Positions 48,251 through 61,624 of a DNA stretch of 64,000 bases are shown piece after piece; the first letter of the stretch is position 1, and every line of letters starts with the position of its first letter. The notes beneath the pieces were generated by a model. The model was not told the DNA's origin, did not search any database, and saw only the letters and a list, made by a program, of their open reading frames with translations. The translations under genes and the position numbers were made by a program. The stretch comes from Pristiophorus japonicus (Eukaryota): assembly GCF_044704955.1 (NCBI RefSeq), contig NC_092002.1:7564001-7628000 (forward strand), read 5' to 3'.

Positions 48251-49169
48251 CTGTGTTACCAGACCAATATTGACACTGAGCTACAGGAATTATTGGGATG
48301 GGTTGGTCACTGGGGTAGATTTTTAACAGGCATCTTAAAGGAGGGGAGAGAGAGAGAGAGAGAGGCGGAGAGGCTTGGGAAGAGAATTCCAGGGCTTGGG
48401 GCCTTGGCGGCTGAAGGCACAGCCTAGCAATGGTTGAGCGATGAAATGTGACTCCTCTGCACCAGAATGACATCCTGTGCTCGCTCTTGTGATTGCCAAA
48501 GTAAGGACGGAGTGGTGTGGTGGGGCCACAATGACTCGCATTTGTGTGGAGTGTGGCAAAGCGGGAGGGAAATTGATCTTGCACGAATTTGGAGAAGTAT
48601 ATCACTGGAGACAGCATCTTAACAGCTGACGTGTGCAGTGGATGGTAAAGTGAGAGGAAACAAATATCAGTCTTGACTGACTGCGTTTTGTTTCCTAACT
48701 TTTGCTATATTTATGAGGAAATATCTGAAATGTTGAAATAAGATCATTAAGGATTCGGAGCAGGCGTAGGCCATTCAGTGAGATCATGGCTGATCTTCGA
48801 CCTCGACTCCACTTTCCTGCCCGATCCCCATTTCCCTCGAGTCCAAAAATCTATTGATCTCAGCCTTGAATATACTCAACGACTCAGCATCTAGAAATAT
48901 AATCCCCCTGTAGTGCAAAGCAACTTGGTTGCATTGTAAAGGAAACTTATTGCGCCTTTTACAACCTCAGGACGTCTTAAAGCGCTTTACAGCCAATGAA
49001 GTACTTTTGGAGTGTAGTCACTGTTGTAATGTGGGAAACGTGGCAGCCAATTTGCGCACAGCAAGCTCCCACAAACAGCAATGTGATAATGACCAGATAA
49101 TCTGCTTGTTTTTGGTGATGTTGGTTGAGGGATAAATATTACCAAGACATTAACGACATTCTATAAATG

Positions 49170-49303
49170 TAAAAGGAAAATACCGTGGATGCTGGAAATC
49201 TGAAATAAAAACCGAAAATGCTGGAAATACTCAGCGGGTCAGGCAGCATCTGTGGAGAGAGAAACAGAGTTAAGGTTTCAGGTCTGTGACCCTTCGTCAG
49301 AAC
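49170..49303 (-). mobile_element. Penelope-like terminal repeat fragment with a degenerate minimal hammerhead core
   Basis: Minus strand: agtt CTGACGA agggtc aca gacct GAAAC cttaact…ccacagatgctgcctgacccgctgagtatttccagc. Confidence 0.6.
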
Positions 49304-49933
49304 TGTCATTCAATAAGATCATGGCTGATCTTTGATCTTGTCTCCACTTTCCCGCCCGATCCCATTGGGGCTGCCTGACCTGAGTATTTCCAGCATTTTC
49401 TGTTTTTGTAAAGTGTAAAGTTTGGTTGCAGAAGACCCTTTCAGCTTCAATATTCTCCTCTCGTGTCCTAAAGATGCTGACTCCTACCGAATGGTGGCCC
49501 ATTCTTCATGTACGAGCCTAGACGGTGAAGTGTATGCTGGCTATTTGACTGTAGGATGCCTCACACCTCCCACCCCTCTCCTCCTCTGGCTGGGATCAGC
49601 ACAAACATGCTTGAACTTGGGCGCGGGGGGCTGGTGGTGGGGGACTCGCCTGGTCTGCCCATCTCTGGTTTCTAAAAATTAACAAAAATATTATATATAT
49701 AGTAACTGGTTTGTAGAGAGACTGACAGTAGTCAGTTGCAACAAGTGAAGATAAAAATGCAACATAATCGCTACAGAATACAATGACTCGAGAATGAGGT
49801 GTTGTGTGTAAGGTTTGGTCATTCTGGGTATAGTTTGAGATATTAGTAACCGGGCAAGGCCATTAGACCCAAACCACAGGGAGTGGTTAAAGTGAATAGT
49901 ACAGATGCATTTAAGGGGAGGCTAGACGAGCAT

Positions 49934-50410
49934 CTAAATAAACTTGATGTGGAGTATTGTGAGATGAAAACAGCATTTTGCTGTGTGGTGCAGTCCATTT
50001 GATAAACAATCTAACATCGCGGGCCGCCCCGACCTGTGTGAGACCACCACCGCAGGTCGGGGCTATAAATGGAGCTGGAGCGCCGGGCCCTGGAACATCG
50101 CGGGTAAAGGTGCGGCGAATGAGAGTTGAGGGCCTAGGGGCAGCACGGGCCCAGCCCACACTGCGATATGTGCGCGCACTAGGTCCGTGCAGCAGAGTAG
50201 GTCTCCAGTCGTCCTGGTTAACCCTTGCCACTGGATAAAGACCTCGCTCTGTCGAGCCCCGTGTGGTGGCTGGTGTGCAACGGCCACCCCAGGTTAAAAT
50301 AATCCACACACAGGCATCTTCCATCCCCTCAATTGAAACATCTGTGAACTCTTGTTGGAAGCAAGTCATCCTCGTTCGAGGGACCGTCTATGATGATGAT
50401 GATGATGATG
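49934..50410 (+). mobile_element. Non-autonomous RTE-tailed element inside a CR1, with 10-bp TSD
   Basis: (gat)n tail; TSD agacgagcat / agacaagcat. Confidence 0.7.
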
Positions 50411-51829
50411 AGACAAGCATGAGGGAGAAGGGAATAGAGAGTTATGCAGATAGAGTTAGATGAGAAAAGACTGGAGGAGGCTCGAGTGGAGTATGGACTG
50501 GTTGGGCCGAATGGCCTGTTTCTGTGCCGTATATCCTAGGTAAAAAAAATTCTGCCTCTTTGATGGCTCAACTCTCGTTTACTCACGAAATCCCATCTAG
50601 GAACGCATTGAAACCATTTAAAACGTCTGTCTCTCTTTTCTTCCCCCGCACCCCCAACAATAACTTATTCCATGGATTGTTGGATGAAAAAGTTTCCCCT
50701 CGTGCTACTAACTTCCTGATCTTTGAACCCATCATTTTTATCACCTTCTCGAGTGCCTTGTGTGTATAATTTCGCTGTGCTGTTTACAGCGGTCCATCCA
50801 TCCGTCGTGTTCAAACCACCCCCCCCCCGTTGCCCCCGAGGCAGCCCCCAACTGGAGTCTCATGTGACGCTTAGCCACTTACTGCAGAGTGCAGGTGGTT
50901 TGCGTTTTGGGGGTTTTAATCTTTTGGATTGTCTTCTCCTACTTGCCCTTAACAATGGGGGTGGGTGCGGGGACCATGGGATGCGAGGACCCCTCGCTGA
51001 CCATCGATCCAGTATTCCGAGCCAACGCTCCGGTGAGTTAGGCAAACGCATGAGGGGGGAAAGGGATAGAAGGTAAGTAGAATGAGCATAAACCCCAGCA
51101 TGGACCAGTTGGGCTGAATGGCCCCACCAGACCTGTCTGGTGTGCAGCCCAAACCCAACTCTCCAGACTCTGGCGACTATATGACCACTGAGCTAGATGG
51201 ACGTCCACCCTGTAAGTATTTGGAGACCGTATTCTGGTCTCCAGCCTCTGCGACTGTCTGGTGTCGGGTTCAAACCCTTCACCTTCTGGCTCGGAGGCAG
51301 GAATGCTACACCCGAGCCAAAGGCTCGCTCCTGTGGTGTCAAAATATTAAACTCCAGCCTAGTTGAAGGGTTATTAACATCAGCAGTAACAAACGCCAAC
51401 TAACAGAATGAACACGATTCATTGAAACTGCTCATTGAAACACCTGTGAACTCCTCCCTTTTTAGTATGGCAGTGGGTCATCCTCTATACGAGGGACTGC
51501 CGAATACCTGTGGTGTAGGCTTGTAATGGATATATCTATTATTCAAACAGGATGTTCCCCAGACTTTATGAAAGGGACAGGGTGGGGATGTTGGTTGGCC
51601 TTTGAGCTCTATTCAATTCGCATCGAGCCCTAGTGGATGGGGATAAAAAGGCTCCTGTGAGCGTTTGCTGGAAAGGGTCTTGGCGAAATGAGTTTGGGAT
51701 ACTCTGGGCCTAAGTTTTCTGTACCCAGAGAGTAGGACGTGTGGCCACTAGTAAGAGTTGATGTGAATAGCATAGATGCATTTAAGGGGAAGCTAGATAA
51801 GCATGAGGGAGAAAGGAATAGAATCATGG

Positions 51830-52330
51830 AACGGTTACAGCACAGAAGGAGGCCATTCGGCCCGTCGAGCCCGTGCCGGCTCTCTGCAAGAGCCCCTCAG
51901 CCAGTCTCCCTCCCCCGCTCTTTCCCCGTAGCCCTGCAAATTTTTTCCTTCAGGTACTTCTCCAACTCCCTTTTGAAAGCCGCGATCGAGTCTGCCTCCA
52001 CCACCCTCTCGGGCAGCGCATTCCAGATCCTAACCACTTGCTGTGTAAAAACGTTTTTCCTCGTGTCGCCTTTGGTTCTTCTGCCAATCGCCTTAAATCT
52101 GTGTCCTCTGGTTCTCCACCCTTCCACCAATGGGAACAGTTTCTCTCGATCTACTCTGTCCAGACTCCGTCGTGATTTTGAACACCTCGATCAAATCTCC
52201 TCTCAACCTTCGCTGCTCCAAGGAGAAAAACCCAGCTTCTCCAGTCTATCCACCGTCACTGAAGTCCCTCATCCCTGGAACCATTCTTGTAAATCTTTCC
52301 TTCACCTGCTCTAAGGCCTTCATATCCTTT
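51830..52330 (-). mobile_element. CR1 3' end nested in another CR1 tail
   Basis: Minus-strand RTRGHRFK…[31 protein letters not shown]. Confidence 0.82.
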
Positions 52331-53271
52331 CTAGAGAAGGTTATGTTGATGGGGTGAGATGAAGAGGGGTGGGAGGAGGCTGGTATGGAGCATAAACACC
52401 GGCACGGACCGGTTGGGCCCAATGGCCTGTTTCTGTGATGTAACGTGGCAGTGATGGCACAGAGTTGCTGGTAAATAGTCAGTGGGGGAACGGCTGATGC
52501 GGGGGAATCAAATTGTCACCCCGGTGCAGTTGTGTCCAATACATTAGTCACTGGTCAGATGTGGCGAATTGGAATCCAGATGTGGCTATTTGCATTTCCG
52601 ATGAGTGAGTACATAACAAGAACAACTTGCATATAACGTAGAATGAGTAATAGACATCTTCATTGGGCCGTGACCTCAATATTCATTTGCATGGTGTAGC
52701 TACGGGAACTTGAACCTCTTCGAGTGTCATTTGATTATTGAGTGCTTTTACTTCCTTGGTTACTGAATGGTGGTTGAAGTTTAAGTAAAAGGCACACATG
52801 AAGTGCATTTACCTGTGTTATGAGAGTGCTTGCAAGGCGTTTTCTACTAAAATTAGCTGCATGTGGCTAAGCGAGTATCACCGTAGCCACATCTATAGTC
52901 AGTGACTCCCATCAAACACTGCCCTAGCACAGCAAGAGATACTCTTCTGAGGGTTCTGGGTTAAGGCGCACTGTTGGCGCAGAGTAGATGGAGCTTAGCT
53001 CTGTGTCCAACAGCCTTGTACCTAACCCCAGAGTGTTTGGTAGCACCTGAGTCGGATTTGGTGACTCTGTCCTGCCCCGTCCCGACTGTGGTGTGTGCAG
53101 TCGGACACTGCTCCTTCCAATGGCATCGTATAAACATCTGGAGTGGTGACAGTCCCAGTGGGAATTAACTCCCTGCACTTAACAATTCAAAGCTATTCTT
53201 TGAAGAAGACGAGCAGGGGAGCGTCTCTCTGTCTCTCTGAATCAAGATAACTAAAAACAGATTATCTGGTC

Positions 53272-53466
53272 TGTTGTGTATGAATAGAGTCTGACTCGAT
53301 ACTGTGAGCTCAAAGTAAAGTGTCTTTGCAGGTCTCGAGTGCACCTCCAGCCTGTGAAGCCTCCTTAAGTACCTGTGCTCCCAAGGGATTGTGGGATCCC
53401 TTGGGACTCCAGGGGATGAGCTCTCTGGTGGCTGTACAAGGTATATACAAGTTTACATATATAACA
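53272..53466. mobile_element. Solo LTR inside a DeuSINE, TSD TGGTC
   Basis: TGTTGTG…TAACA; tggtc at 53267-53271 and 53467-53471. Confidence 0.85.
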
Positions 53467-54079
53467 TGGTCATTATCACATTGCTGTCTGTGGGAGCTTG
53501 CTGTGCGCAAATTGGTTGCCGCATTTCCCACAATACAACAGTGACTACACTTCAAAAGTACTTCATTGGCTGTAAAGTGCTTTGGAACGTTCTAAGGTGG
53601 TGAAAGGCTCTGCACGAAGATAAATCTTGCTTTAAAAATGACCAGAGAAAGGACACTGTGATGTTAGTAGTGTCAGAATGTATGTACAACGGTGAGGAAT
53701 GTACTGAATATTCAAACTTGCATTGATAGTGACTCTGTTTTAAGTAAAGCGACTGTGTCTTAAAGCTCGGCAGCTGTTTTATGTCAATAACAACATGCAG
53801 CGTTGAGATGAACAACCTGGTGATGTGTTTTGGTCGAGGGTGGAATGTTGGCCAGGACACCAGGAGACCTCGTGCTTTAACCTCAGGGTGACATCCATTT
53901 GAGCCACTACAATAGACAGATGTTAGTTTAGCATCTCCTCCTGAAGGACACTGCGTTGCTCCCTTCAGTGCTGCACTCCAGTGTCGGTCGAGGTTATGTG
54001 CTTGAACTATTCCACTGCGTCTTGAGCCCTCAACATTCTGGCCAAGACTGTGAGAGAGCTATCAACTGATGAGACAAAT

Positions 54080-54795
54080 GCACTGAATAAAGTGGCAAGT
54101 AACATTCACACCACACAAGTGCTAGACAATGCCTATCTCCAACAAGTGAGAGTCTAACCACCTCCCCTTGACATTCAACGGCATTACCATCGCCGAATCC
54201 CCCACCATCAACATCCTGGGGTCACCATTGTCCAGAAACCTAACTGGACCAGCTGACTCCCCAAAGCCTTTCCACCATCTACAAGGCACAAGTCAGGAGT
54301 GTGATGGAATACTCTACTTGTCTGGATGAGTGCAGCTCCAACAACACTCAAAAAGCTCGACACCATCCAGGACGAAGCAGCCTGCTTGATCGGCACGCTA
54401 CCCACCACCTTCAACACTCACTCCCTCCACCACCGGCGCACCGTGGCTGCAGTGTGCACCATCTACAAGATGCACTGCAGCAACTCGTCAAGGCTTCTTC
54501 GGCAGCACCTCCCAAACCCGTGACCTCTGCCCCCTAGAAGGACAAGGGCAGCAGGCACATCCTGAAAGTTTCCGTCCTAAGTTGCACACCATCCTGACTT
54601 GGAAATATATCGGCCGTTTCTTCATCGTCGCTGGGTCAAAATCCTGGAACTGGCTCCCTAACAGCACTGTGGGAGCACCTTCACCACACGGACTGCAGCG
54701 GTTCAAGAAGGCGGCTCACCACCACCTTCTCAAGGGGCAATTAGGGATGGGCAATAAATGACGGCCTTGCCAGCGACACCCACATCCCATGAGCA
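54080..54795 (+). mobile_element. LINE 3' fragment (CR1/L2 superfamily)
   Basis: TIYKAQVRSVMEY…APTTLKKLDTIQDEAACLIG…SLHHRRTVAAVCTIYKMH. Confidence 0.82.
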
Positions 54796-55307
54796 TGTCA
54801 TTGATGCCCGGACTTCGTGTTTTTAAAAAAAAAAAGAATTTTTTTTCTGTGTATGACGGCAGTAATTTACAATTCTGAATAGTTATTACCTGTTCAGTCG
54901 CTAGACAGAGTAGCATGCGTCATCTTGTTTAGCTAGGTGGGTGTTGGGCTGCAGCCAGCATTTAGGTCCACCTACACAAGTTCGACATCCTCCTTGGATC
55001 TTCTGTCTCTGCACAGAATGTTTGCAATCCCCCTCTCGTCCCCCATAGTTCTGATCAGCTGACTTAAGGTCCACAATATTAAAACTATTGGGCGAGGGGG
55101 GGTTTGCTTAACGAGCAATTCTGCATCTCTTTGAGCTCAGTGCACGTAGAAAAGGTATTGATCTCAGCTGTGTATACTAATAAGATTTACTGTAACCAAT
55201 TGGTATCAATTTTGAATCCTTATGAATTCTTACAATAGCTGTCCTCTGCATCCTTGAGCTGGGAAGGTTTTAACAAAAAGACAATAAATTGGGATTTCTG
55301 ATTGTTG

Positions 55308-55605
55308 GACACAGTCTAAGGATAAGGGGTAAGCCATTTAGGACCGAGATGAGGAGAAACTTCTTCACTCAGAGAATTGTGAACCTGTGGGATTCTCTAC
55401 CACAGAGAGTTGTTGAGGCCAGTTCGTTAGATATATTCAAAAGGGAGTTAGATGTGGCCCTTATGGCTAAAGGGATCAAGGGGTATGGAGAGAAAGCAGG
55501 AATGGGGTACTGAAGTTGCATGATCAGCCATGATCATATTGAATGGTGGTGCAGGCTCGAAGGGCCGAATGGCCTACTCCTGCACCTATTTTCTATGTTT
55601 CTATG
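55308..55605 (+). mobile_element. CR1 3' end
   Basis: [32 protein letters not shown]; ttctatgtttctatg tail. Confidence 0.85.
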
Positions 55606-57073
55606 TCTTCTGCTGGAAAGTATGATCACTGGCTGAAGACCAGATCAGGTTGGGCTGGGCTGATGATGCCCCTTGTGGTTGAGCAGCCTGCCGACACTCA
55701 TTTTGACTTGTTGGCAGAGGACGGACAATTGGCTGAAGACTCCGAAGGCAGCCGGTGTTTGTTGGAGCTGTGCCCGTGCCTTTCAGACGGGAAGACATTT
55801 GGAGAATATAACCGTCGGATGTGAAAGTCGCTGTGTAAACGTTTGGATTGCTGTCGCAAAATAACTCAGTGCCGAGCATTCAACTGAATTTTGCTTCTCT
55901 GAGCCTGAGCCCATTAACTCCATTCCATTTCTGAAAACGAAGATTTAAAAAAAAAAAGATATATTTACAGTTTTTAAGCCACTTCTGTAGTTTTTGCCCA
56001 TAGCTTTATCGCACAAAGGGTAGTGAAAATTTGGAATTTCTTTGCCCAAAAAGCTGTTGAGGCTGTGGTCAATTGAAAATTTCAAAACCGTGCGATTGAT
56101 AGATTTTTGTCCGGCAAGTGTAGGAAGGGATATGGAACTAAGGCAGGTAAATGGAGTTCCGATACAGATCAGCCGCGATCCAATTGAATGGCGGAACAGG
56201 TTCAAGGAGCTGACTTGCCTCCTCCTCCTGCTCCTATGTAACTCAATTCTTGCTTTCAAATCCCTCCATGGCCTCTTCCCCCTTTGCATCTCTCTGTAAC
56301 CTGCTCCTCCAGCCCTACAATCCTCCGTGGTCTCTCCGCTCCTCCAATTCTGGCCACATCGTTCCACCATTGATGGGCGTGCCTTCAGCTGAAGGGTCCC
56401 AAGCTCTGGAATTCCCTCCCTATAAACCCCTCCACCTCTTGCTCCTTTTTAAGATGCTCCTTAAAACCTATTACTTTGAGCAAGGTTTCAGTTAACTGTC
56501 CTAATTATGCGGCTTGGAATGACCATTTGTTTTGATAGTGCTCCCATGAAGTGTTTTGGGAAGTTTTACTACGTTGAAGGCATAATATAAATACAAGTTG
56601 AATCCAGAAATAACTTCTTCGAAGTAGAAAATTGTCCGATCTCCGCCTTCAGACGAGGCTTGATTTGCAAGGCCCTGTGTTCTAAACCTGTTCTGTCTAT
56701 GTTAGAAAATGAGATACGAGGAGGCACAGCAGCTCATTGCTTTTCAGTCACCCTGACCAAGAAGCCATTTTGTTCGAAAACCTTGCATTTATCTGATTTC
56801 TTTGATCCCGTCTCTCTCTCTGAAGCAGCCCACCGTGCCTTGTGGTCGTAATTTTCAGTCGTAATTGTGTAGGTGAGTGCAGCTGTCATTTTGAGCACAG
56901 CAAGATCTCTCAAACAGTCGTGCGATGACTGAGCAGCTGACCCTCGTGATTGGTGGTGGTGGTGTCGTCTGAGGGACAAATACTGGCCTGTACATAGAAT
57001 CATAGAAATTTACAGCACGGAAGGAGGCCATTTCGGCCCATCTTGTCCGCGCCGGCCGACAAAGCTATCCAGC

Positions 57074-57332
57074 TCGTAGTGTATGCACCTGTGAGCATGC
57101 GCAAAGGGGAGTGGCTCAGCCAGTCACGTGATGTTCACAAGAATCAATAAAACCCCGGCCAGTTGGGTTCGGGGGATCCACGATGGGGCAGGTGGTTGTG
57201 AGCCTGGTGGATGAGCTGGTAATGTGTAGTGTGATTGTTAAACCTTTTGCTAATAAACCAACTAGTTCTTAATAATAGCAATGTGTTGCTATGAATTCTT
57301 AAGCAAAGAACCCTTTGAAGCAAATACATTAC
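57074..57332. mobile_element. Solo LTR (15054 family) inside a CR1 tail, TSD CCAGC
   Basis: ccagc at 57069-57073 and 57333-57337; LTR body as at 16080-16315. Confidence 0.8.
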
Positions 57333-58066
57333 CCAGCCTAATCCCACTTTCCAGCTCTCGGTCCATAGCCCTGTAGGTTACGGCATTTCAAGTGCACATC
57401 CAAGTACTTTTTAAAATGTGGTGAGGGTTTCTGCCTCTACCACCCTTTCATGGCAGTGGTGTACAGCGTCAGGACTCCCCGTTCTTCTTCCGACAGTGGC
57501 CGTGGGGTCCATCTGAACAGGCAGGTGGGGCATCACCCAGAGTGTGCACCATTTGACGATACCCAAGTTAGAAAAAGTCGTCTTTTCGCAGTGGGGCGGG
57601 GAGTGGGAATGTCATTTTCTGCTACCAGCCATTATTGAAGCTGGGTCCATAAAGTCTTTTTTTAAATGGCAGTGAGAAGGTTGCTTGAGAACGAGAAATA
57701 TTGAAGGGTACGAGGAACATGGGATTAGACTAGGCAGCTCTTGTGATGGGCCAAATGGCCTCTTTCTGTGCCACTGCATGCGGTGGCTTTATGACTGAAA
57801 GTATCCCTGTGCTGTTGCGCTCTCTGTTCAGGTGCAGAATCTAGTGCAGAATCTAGTGCAGAATGCAAAGTGCAGGTCATTATTACTTTTTCATGTACGG
57901 AGATTGCATGTATGTGGTGTAGATTGCCTGATAGCTGAACGCGTAAGCCCAGCTCATGGGGCATCGAATCTCCTCACACTTTTATGTGGGTGTATTTAGG
58001 GGAGAGGAAAACAAAATTCACACTATCTGATTCAGCTATCCCACAATCTAAATTTCTGTCATGCAA

Positions 58067-58282
58067 NNNNNNNNNNNNNNNNNNNNNNNNNNNNNNNNNN
58101 NNNNNNNNNNNNNNNNNNNNNNNNNNNNNNNNNNNNNNNNNNNNNNNNNNNNNNNNNNNNNNNNNNNNNNNNNNNNNNNNNNNNNNNNNNNNNNNNNNNN
58201 NNNNNNNNNNNNNNNNNNNNNNNNNNNNNNNNNNNNNNNNNNNNNNNNNNNNNNNNNNNNNNNNNNNNNNNNNNNNNNNNNN
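58067..58282. other. Assembly gap (216 N)
   Basis: Run of n. Confidence 0.99.
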
Positions 58283-58534
58283 AAGTTTTTGCTGCCTAGG
58301 AGGACAGCCACCTGACCAGAGCAAAGGAGGAATAGTGGCTGGGCAGAGAGGGTGGTGAAGAGACTGAGTTTTCTGATAGATTTGCATTTCTGCAGCATCT
58401 TTCACCATCCCTGGCTTGAGCGTTTTGGGAAGTGTGGTCACTGTTGTAATGTCGGAAACGCAGCAGCCAATTTGCACACAGCAAGCTCCCACAAACCGCA
58501 ATGAGACAGAGACCAGATCATTTGTTAATGTTTG

Positions 58535-58708
58535 TGTTGTGTATGCAATAACTGTTAGACTGAGTACTGTTTAACTCCAAGAGGTATGACCTTGGCTTTG
58601 CTTTATCAAGGCCCAAAGTGACTAATATACAAAATGGCTGGCCTTTTATACTTGGGCTGCACAGTGACGCATCTAGTGGCTAGTGATCCCAAAAGTACAT
58701 ACATGACA
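58535..58708. mobile_element. Solo LTR inside a DeuSINE, TSD GTTTG
   Basis: TGTTGTG…ATGACA; gtttg at 58530-58534 and 58709-58713. Confidence 0.85.
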
Positions 58709-59649
58709 GTTTGATTGAGGGACACCGGGGTGAACTCTCCCTGCTCTTCTTCCAATTAGTGGCCGTGGGATCTTTTATGTCCAGCTGAGAGAGCAGACGG
58801 GGCCTCGGTTTAACGTCTGAACCGAAGGACGGCACCTCCGACAGTGCGGCGCTCCCTCGATGCTGCACTGCAGTGTCGGCCTAGATTTTGGTGCTTAAGT
58901 CTCTGGAGTGGGACTCAAACCCACGACCTTCTGACTCGGAGGCTGACTCTAGTTAAAACAGTAGCTTGCTTGACTGTCTTAAGCATTTGGGGAGGAACTT
59001 CCCAGAGTTTGTTCTTGACTGTTGCTCTCAGGGAAAGCGTTAAGTGGCTGGTGAGGGCGAAAGCTGTGTTGGACTGCCCAGTGGACAGGTTGAGTGTTGA
59101 TGAGGCCCAACTGCCTTTCACTTGCCTTTTTGTCTGTTCTAGGGACCAAGTGCTTGTTGAGCCTTGGGCTGGCAGAATTGTGGATCGAATTTGTAAGGGA
59201 GCCTCGATAGCTTCCGGTGAGAGTGGAAGGGAGGAGGCATGGGAAGCTGGAATGGCTTTGGGAAGAAGTTCTATCCTTGATTTAACAAGATTGCACAAGT
59301 GAGGTTGTTAGTACCCAATGACAAGTCCAGAACTGTGCAACATTGCTCAACCCTGAATAAGAAATATTTTATTTTCACAAGAAAAATTATTTTTGGTCAT
59401 TATGTGTTATTTCTTTAACCTGAGGGGATGAATTGTTGATCACTTTCAGTGTGTTCTTGAAGGTGGGGGGGAACACCAATGGGCCAGAAATGTTTCTTCA
59501 GTTAAAACGTTAGGTTGTAGTCCTTTCCTTCCTTGGAGGTTATTGTAGGGTTTATATTTAAAGGGGAACTGCATTTGTTGAGTTGCATCATGTCCTGATT
59601 ATTTGTCAAGAGTTGTGGAAATGCTTCTTCATTCGCCCTTCTGTTTTTT

Positions 59650-60066
59650 CTGTCGCTTTTCACAACCTCCGGATGTCCCAGAGCACTTTACAGCTAATTA
59701 AGTGCTTAATTTTTTGAACTGCAGTCACTGTATGAAACTCAGCAGCCAATTTGCAAGCAGCAGTGTGATAAATGACCAGATCGTCTGTTTTTAGGAGTTG
59801 GTTGAAGGATAAATGTTGGCCAGGACAACTCCCCCCACCCTGCTCTGTCGTGGAATCCTTTTACGCCCGCTTGAGAGGGCAGACGGGGCCTCGGTTTAAC
59901 ACCTCATTCGAATGACGGCCCCTCCGACAGTGCGGCGCTCCCTCAGCACTGCCCCTCCGACAGTTAGCCTGGAATTTATGTGCTCAAGTCCCTGGAGTGG
60001 TGCATGAACTCGCAACCTTCTGACTCCGAGGCGAGAGAGAGTGCTGCCCACTGAGCCACGGCTGAC
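59650..60066 (-). mobile_element. DeuSINE
   Basis: Revcomp Deu-like core and tRNA head (cccactgagccacggctgac). Confidence 0.78.
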
Positions 60067-61624
60067 ACTAGAGCAAGGAAATAGAGCAGCCAAGGCCTGT
60101 GTTAGTATACCACCCATAGCAGAGGCAGGGCAATAATCGAGGCAGTAATAGCTGTTGGAATATCCACATTTTCCCAGCCATTTAGACACGGCGGGGGCAG
60201 TGCTGCCATGGGTGCCCCCGGCCAGGGTCCGTGCCACTGCGAGCACACAGGCAAGAGTTGGCACCTTCGGGGGAGGAGGAGGCTAACGCCTCGTGCTTTT
60301 TAGTTTAAGAAAAACTAAGACTTGGATTTATATAGCACCTTTCACGACCATTAGATGTCTCAAAGCGCCTGACAGCCAGTGAAGTACTATTTGAAGTGTA
60401 GTCACTGTTGTAATGTGGGAAACGCGGCCACAGCCAGCTCCCACATGCAGCAATGTATGATGACCAGCTAACTGAGTACTAGGTGAAGTGCCGCGTGATG
60501 TTTTTGCAGTTGGCAGACGGAATGGCCTTCAGTATCCCGTACTTGACTCTGTGAAAACTCCGCAAGGCCCCCGTGTAGGGTCGCTAACTCTGGTTGGACG
60601 TATGCCTGGAGGCTCCATCACATGACCTCCCGCCCCAAAATTTTCCCAATCTCCGATTTTTTTTTTTTTGCCATCCGAGGTAATTTAAAACAAAAGCACT
60701 CCCACATCTTATTTTAATACCCCTATATTGTTTTTCTCCTGGCTTTTGCTCGTGGAGATTTACTCTCGTTTCTAGAGATTCTAGGGCTATCCAGGAGGGT
60801 TGGTAACCCCCTAGCTCTTGGGCCTGTGCAAAAGTTTGAACAGCAGCAGTTTTATTTGTTCAAGGTCCTACTGAAACGGAAAGTGTTCTTGCAGTCGGAC
60901 CCTGGGGGTTTAACTTGCAACAGACTGTGTGTGTGCAAATGGGAGGTTGGGATATGAGGCTGATTCAGGCATGTCTGAGGGAAATGACCATATAGAGTCA
61001 TCTGTAGTCTAGCGCTCCCGAGTCAAATGTAGGCATACACACACACACACACACACACACACATTTAGTCATCGTGCTGAGGTTAGTCAGTTCCTCTGTT
61101 GGTTTGTGAGCTGACATCCTTATCAGATTGGCCAGCTCAATTATTGGCCGACTGGAGAGATCTGTGTGTGCCTCATTTCTCAACTACTCACTGTTTGACT
61201 TGGTAGTTTTGCATTTTTGCTCCTTGCAATTTTATTTTTTATAAACCGATAGTTTCAGCACTGCAATAAGCACGTGGCTTCCCTATATTTATTGTAGACG
61301 TCATTCAAGTCAAAAAGGATTCGTAACGGAAATAAAGGACTTTGCATTTTATATAGCGCCTTTCACAACTGCTGGACATCCCAAAGCACTTTGCAGCCAA
61401 TGAAGTACTTTTTGAGGTGTATTAACGTAGGAAACATGGCAGCTGATTTGCGTACAGCAAGCTCCCACAGGCAGCAGTGTGATAATGACCAGATAATCTG
61501 TTTTTAGGTGTTGGATTTAAATAGTGGCCCAGGACACTGGGGAGAACTCCCCTGCTCTTCTTCCAATAGTGCCATGAGATCTTTTAGGACCACCCAAGAG
61601 GGCAGACGGGGTCTCAGTTTTTTA

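Noticed and set aside
51739-52314. 191-aa + ORF
   Set aside because: Antisense reading of a CR1 3' end.
57974-58501. ORFs spanning X runs
   Set aside because: Artefacts of the N gap.
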